A stretch of DNA of 64,000 nt from Nemertoderma westbladi (taxonomy: Eukaryota > Animalia > Xenacoelomorpha). The notes beneath the pieces are model-generated. The model saw only the letters and a list, made by a program, of their open reading frames with translations, did no database searches and was not told the DNA's origin. Made by a program: the position numbers and the translations under genes. This document shows, in pieces, positions 58,701-64,000 of the stretch. Location of the stretch: the NCBI GenBank assembly GCA_032718475.1, contig JAUCBJ010003239.1:46859-110858 (forward strand). The letters are read 5' to 3'. The stretch's first letter is position 1; the number at the start of each line of letters is the position of its first letter.

Positions 58701-61700
58701 ACTCTTGCAGGCCGTGAGCCACTTCTATGGCTTGTTCCGCCGTGTCCTTGGACACCAATCCGTCGTCCATATAGAAGTTTCTCAATATAGACTCGATTAC
58801 TTCTACTGGATACTTACCAATCTGGGCTGTTGCCGTTTTCTTTAGAACAAACAGCGTGCCGTTCGGACTATCGCGGGCGCCAAATATCCTAACGTACATC
58901 TGGTATGTAACCACTGGGCCGGATAAGTCTTCATTCTCATACCAGAGAAAGCGAAGGCTATCCTGGTCTGCCTTACAGGCTCTTACCTGGTGGAACATCG
59001 CCTCGATGTCACAAGTAAATGCGAATCGCCGCTGTCTAAAACGCAACAGTATTCCAATCAAATAGTTATTCAGGTTGGGTCCGTCCATCAACTCTGAATT
59101 CAGGGACATACCTCTATAGACTGCTGCACAGTCGTTGACTACTCAGACCTTGTCTGGCTTGTCAGGGTGAGTCACATAGTGGTGTGGAAGGTAATAAGTC
59201 TGGTCTGTCACTAAGTCAGGGTCCTCTACCTTCCCAGCAAATCCCTTGGCGAAATAGTTGTTGATCTGGGCGCAATACTTCTCCCTAATGCCTGGATTCT
59301 TCAACAACCGAGCCCTTACTCCGTTTAATCTTTTCAAGGCTAAGTTATAGTTGTTCTCCAACTTAGGTGGTTGTCGACGCCACAACATTCCAACTTCAAA
59401 ATGTCCAGTCGGTAGCAGACGTATGGTATCTTCCATCATCTCCAGCGACCGCTTCTCATCAGTAGACATGGCTAGGTCATATCCACCGGGTTCCATTGCG
59501 TCCCTATCCAGCCATTCGACGGTTCTGGCTCCTGTCTCGAGGTCCTGGCGTATCAATTCCTTCTGTAATTCCTCCTCACTGTATTGGAAAATGTCTAGGT
59601 CTCGATATTTAGCCACTTGACCCTCCACTATGTCTGTATAAGTCAAAACGTTAGTCAAATAGGTAGCGTGGGCCGCTGAACCAGACCCACGGGTCTGATA
59701 ACAGTAGTCCTCGGGTTCACTATCTGTCCGGTCGTTGTGAAGTGGTTCCGACAACCTAACATTATCGGGAATCAACTCCTCGTCCGACTCACTAAAGTCA
59801 CTATAGTGGTCAATACAGGTTCTCCTAAACTCGTCTATGTCTGGTGGTTCTACTAACGGTGGTTGAATTATAGGCTGTAATTCATCGTATCTGTCCATTG
59901 GCTTGTCGCCACCTGTAAACTCATAAGACATGGGTACTCGTGTATACCAACCTAATATAGTCCTATGGGCATGTGGTCCATTGACATGCGGCTCAGCTGG
60001 TCTCGTTTCCCATATCTGGTGTGCGATCAGCTGTTCTGCACCAATCAACATAGAAACATTCCTATAACCTACCTGATGTCTGGGTATCCTGAGCTTGTCA
60101 AAATACTCCTGTGCTATGGGACTCATCGGCGGCACCTTACCTAACTGCCTGCCGAATCCCTTCATAGCTAGACACTTAAATCCGTCCAATGGCAAAGCTT
60201 TCCGTTCTTGTCGAGTGTGTTGGTCTCTCGGAAGTAGGGAATCTAGTTCTACCGAAATTCTGTGTCCCTTGAGGTCACCTACCCCGTGCATAGACTTCAA
60301 CTCTATTTGGATTTCCTCAGCGTCCTGGAAGCTAGAAACAGCTCTCGCCACTTCCTCGTCGATATACGATAATGTGGACGCAGTGTCCAACATCACATAT
60401 ATTCGCTTCGATCCCTTATCGCCAGTGAGTTTCACCGGAATCACGCTAAATATTTCCGACGTGGCCGATGATAAATACGTCCGTGCGCTGGTCGATGAAC
60501 TATCCGCAGTAAAACCTTGGCAGGTCACTTCTCTCGCGCTCGACTCGCCATCTTCGTCCGACGAACCTGGTTGGTAACCATCGTCCTGGATGCCAGTGTA
60601 CGTATTCCTCCTTATCGATACGGGTTCTTTGCTCCCCTTCCTGTGAGGATTTCGCTGTAAGTAACGGTCCGTTGGGGTATGGAAATCCGCATGTAGCAAC
60701 TTGTGATGTAGTCTGCCGCATTCCATGCATCCGTCCTTGCTGTTCGGGCACTGCCGCCGTACATGACCTGGCGCAAGACATGCCCAACAGGTATCCAATG
60801 TCCGCACTTGAACTCTTCTCTGTTCCGAATTTAATTCTTTGAACCGTCTGCAACTATCTAACTTATGGTCGTCAGATCTTACCTCCTTTAGTAAACAGTA
60901 TTGGCAACCTACAAATCCATCCGGCAACTCCTGTTGCTTTAACCTAGGTCTATCTAACCGCTCACCTGACCATACTCGCGAGTCTGATCTAAAGGCTGGG
61001 GTACTCGAATTATATCTGTCTACTGAGTTAAATGTCACAGTGGTCCTGTCATCGTCAAAACTTACCATAGACTTACCGGTAACAGGTTTAGACTCCCTCA
61101 TATTCTCTTCTGAGAAGTTTGATTTCATCTCTGCTACTGCGTCTGTGGCTATCATGTCATGAATATGCTGAAGTGTCAATACTTTACCTTGGCCCTCCAA
61201 CTTATTCTCTAATTTGCGCCATTTCTGTCTGTAACGCATGTTTAGACGTCTTATTACGCTTTTCAAAACTTCGGCGTGATCACCATGATGAGGTAGATTC
61301 ACCGTCTTCAAGATGTCCAATGCGTTCGAAATAGCGTTCGCTAAGTTCAACAGCTCTAACGGAGTTGTAATCCTTCCACCCTTACCCAAGTCTTCTACTA
61401 TCGACTGTGCCATCTTGGTTTTATTCCCGTAGATGTCACTAAGCATCTTCATCGCTAACTCGAATGCTCTTTCATTGCCAACGAAGTTATCAGCAATGGC
61501 TCTAGGTTCTCGATGGAGCATCTGAAGCAAATAGTTGAACTTCTCGTTGGGAGTAAAGGTGCTGTTGGTTAGCTGCTCGTCGACATAGGTTTTGAAGGTC
61601 CTCCAGTGCTTGTGGTTACCCATAAACTTCTGGGGTTGTTGCGTCGGCAGTCCTTGCCTAGCAGCAAACTTACCTATGTCCCTAAGGGTTGCGTCGTTCC

Positions 61701-64000
61701 GGGTTAACAAATGGTTTAGTTCCGCAGGGTTGTTAAGTCTGGTCCTTTCCCGGTGGTTCAAACTTACCTGCTGCGCGTCGGTCCTTCTTTCCTTATAGTT
61801 TCGGGACTTCTGACGTCTCATTTCTTCCTCTTCATCGCTTGACTCGGTGTCAGTCCTTAGCGCTCGCGATGGTTTGCGCGCCGAGGCCCTGACCCAAGCC
61901 TCCTCAATAAATTTCTTGGCTGAATTTTCGAAGTTGGGATTAGAGATGTTCGGGACAGGCGTCCTTACCTGAGGTCTATGTGGTATAGTCTCCTCTGATA
62001 TACGTACTCGTTGACTAGGCTGGACTTTATCTAATTCAGGCCTGCTGGGATTTGAATTACTTCTTACCTGGGCTGCTTCCTTTAACCGTAGGTTGCTAAG
62101 CATGTCCGTTATAGGTTGGATGTGCGGCGATATAGCTTGCGCTAAACTAGCACTTAACTCATCCCTCGTAATAAATTCCTGGCTAGGGTTCTGTTGTATA
62201 GTCGGCTCTATCTGAGTAATCCGCTGTCTCTCATATGATCCCTCTTCCGGTTTAACCCGGAAGTTCTCCGTCGAACTGGGTCGGCGCTCCGTCCGCGTAT
62301 TCCAAACCCGCGGGTTCGGTTCGCCAAGTACTCGTCCCGTCGGAGTTTCTCTAAACTCTCCGTTGTCGTGTTCGGTGTGTAGTGGTGCGGTGTTCCGATG
62401 ACGTAGATCCTGGGCGATGGGTGAAGCACTAATACCAACTGGCGTGCGATATGTAGAGAACGGTTTAGCGATCCGTGTACTCGTAATAGCTGGAACGGGT
62501 ATAGGAATTCTGGTCGTCATCGACTCGCGTATAGTCGGAGTTCTCGCTTCCTGTACGGCCTTCTGCAGTGCGAACAGTTCTCGCAACTCAGTCCCTACAC
62601 TCGCCCCACATTCTTCGAGCATTCGCATCCCCTTCTCGGCGATTTCGTTCGCCTTCCTAGTCCGTTCTTCGCTCTCTAAATTTAATCTCGCACTTTCCAA
62701 CTGCGCCAGTTTACATTCTTCTTCTTCCCTCGCTCGTCTCGCTGCGCCCTCTTCTTCCACGCGCGCCCTTTCTTCATACAACGCTTGTTGCTCTTTCTCG
62801 ATCTCGAGTTCGCGTTCCTTGCGTTCGCGTTCAAGTTCGAGTTCACGTTTCTTCTGTTCGCGTTCGAGCTGGAGTTCGCGTTCCTTGCGTTCGCGTTCGA
62901 GCTGGAGTTCGCGTTCTTTCTGCTCGCGTTCAAGTTCGAGTTCGCGTTCCTTGCGTTCGCGTTCAAGTTGAAGTTCACGTTCCTTCTGCTCGCGTTCCGC
63001 TCGCTCACGCTTACCTTTCTCTTCCAATTCGCGCAACTTCGCGTCCAACTTACGTGTTCGCTCCCGTTCCCGCTCGGCTTCCTTCCGTGCTTCCGATGCA
63101 CGCAAAACTTCCGCCTGCTGTTCGTCCAGTCGGCGTCTTCTCTCCTCCGCCGAGTTGTGCGAAACAAGGGATCTAGCACATATTACCTTACCTCACGCGT
63201 GACTAACCTGGGAATCGCCGCTGTCTCTAGATGCGTCGTCGGGTGGAGTCAACGTCCTCTGTTGGATGTTCTCCGTCGTCGGTAGCACCTGACCCGGTAC
63301 CACCACTCCATTCTGCATCAGCCAGCTAGTAACTTCCCTCTGATACCTGCGCTCCTCCTTGTCTTGGATCTCTTCTCGCTCCACTAACTCTCTCAACTCT
63401 GCGTCACTCACTTGAGTCGCCTGCGCTTGTGATGCCCATAGCAGCCAGTTCTCCGTCCTAACTCGTCGGAATCGCTCCGATAACTCGCGGTGCTCCAACA
63501 AGGCTGCTAAAACCCTGTCGTAAATCCTCGTCGCTACGTCGCTCGACTGAGACTCTACTGCCTTCTTCGCTAGGACTGCAAGCTCCTCCGTCTGCTTGAA
63601 TAACGCTGAGTTATATCCTCTTCTAATCTCTGCTAACTCTACCCTCCCGATGTTCGCTGAATCAGCTAACATTTTCCTTACCTTGTCCGCCGTCCGGGTT
63701 ATATGTCCGGCGTGCGCGCGAAGTTTCTTCTTTATCGCGATATCAAGTTCTCTCTCGCTTACCTGACTTACACTCGGTGGACTTGAAGGATTATTTCGGG
63801 AACTACGGGTACTTCTTACAGCCGTCGGGACCACGGCACTTACCATACCCACAGGTCTGGAAACCGGGCTCCGGGCTCTCGCTTCTGCTACACTACCCTC
63901 CCTATCACTCACCTCTGTCCGGGCTGCTGTACAGTCCTTCCTTTCAGTAGCGGTAGGGGATCCTAATACTATTACTTGAGGTTGTTGTTCTTCCTCACTA
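55798..64000 (-). pseudogene. E gag-pol in one reading frame with three in-frame stops (TGA 63193, TGA 59143, TAA 57820)
   Basis: Pao Gag, knuckles, MLDTAS, FYMDD, HMFSDAS, NPADITSRG, GVDCFGP, SDKSTNF, GSWERL. The frame is open to the window edge. Confidence 0.93.
62790..63000 (-). repeat. 33-bp coding tandem repeat (ERERKERELEL) in E Gag
   Basis: About six units of TCGCGTTCCTTGCGTTCGCGTTCAAGTTCGAGT. Confidence 0.92.

Larger units (their letters stand above)
41622..64000 (-). mobile_element. Giant Bel/Pao element E (gag-pol, ORF2, 3' LTR); 5' end lies right of the window
   Basis: Single-frame gag-pol 55798-64000 and ORF2 51321-55034. PPT-like TTGGAGCGG is followed by TGTTA at 50827, and the element ends TATCA at 41622. 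Confidence 0.85.

Noticed and set aside
2185-63195. Alternative genetic code with TGA as a sense codon
   Set aside because: The young intact ORFs (F, G) have no internal TGA, Bel1 ends at a TGA, and TGA count rises with element age, which fits mutation.

Overview
Eukaryotic, probably invertebrate, DNA made entirely of nested transposable elements, with no host gene visible. I resolve seven Bel/Pao LTR retrotransposon copies, one CsRn1-clade Ty3/Gypsy element and one Kolobok-type MITE. Nesting: D(-) hosts B(+) and C(+). B hosts A(-) and the MITE. A hosts Bel1(+) and Gypsy G(-). C hosts E(-), and E hosts F(+). Bel1, G and F are complete, with TSDs and near-identical LTRs. A, B and C are one family, and D and E are related large elements. 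Main candidate for an undescribed system: a lineage of giant (about 18 kb or more) Bel/Pao elements with two unusual traits. (1) In the env position, B and E carry a 1200-1400 aa ORF2 with a DEDDy (WRN/EXD/Mut-7-like) 3'-5' exonuclease fold followed by three CCHC-type zinc knuckles. (2) A and C have no tRNA primer-binding site. Instead an 11-nt sequence abutting the 5' LTR is perfectly complementary to an 11-mer inside the LTR, with a compensatory change between copies, which suggests Tf1-like self-priming. Other signals: all six Bel-into-Bel insertions are antisense to their host, A is a frame-preserving Gag-PR deletion derivative, and 13 of 15 in-frame premature stops are TGA. All domain calls come from reading motifs by eye, and no database search was run.
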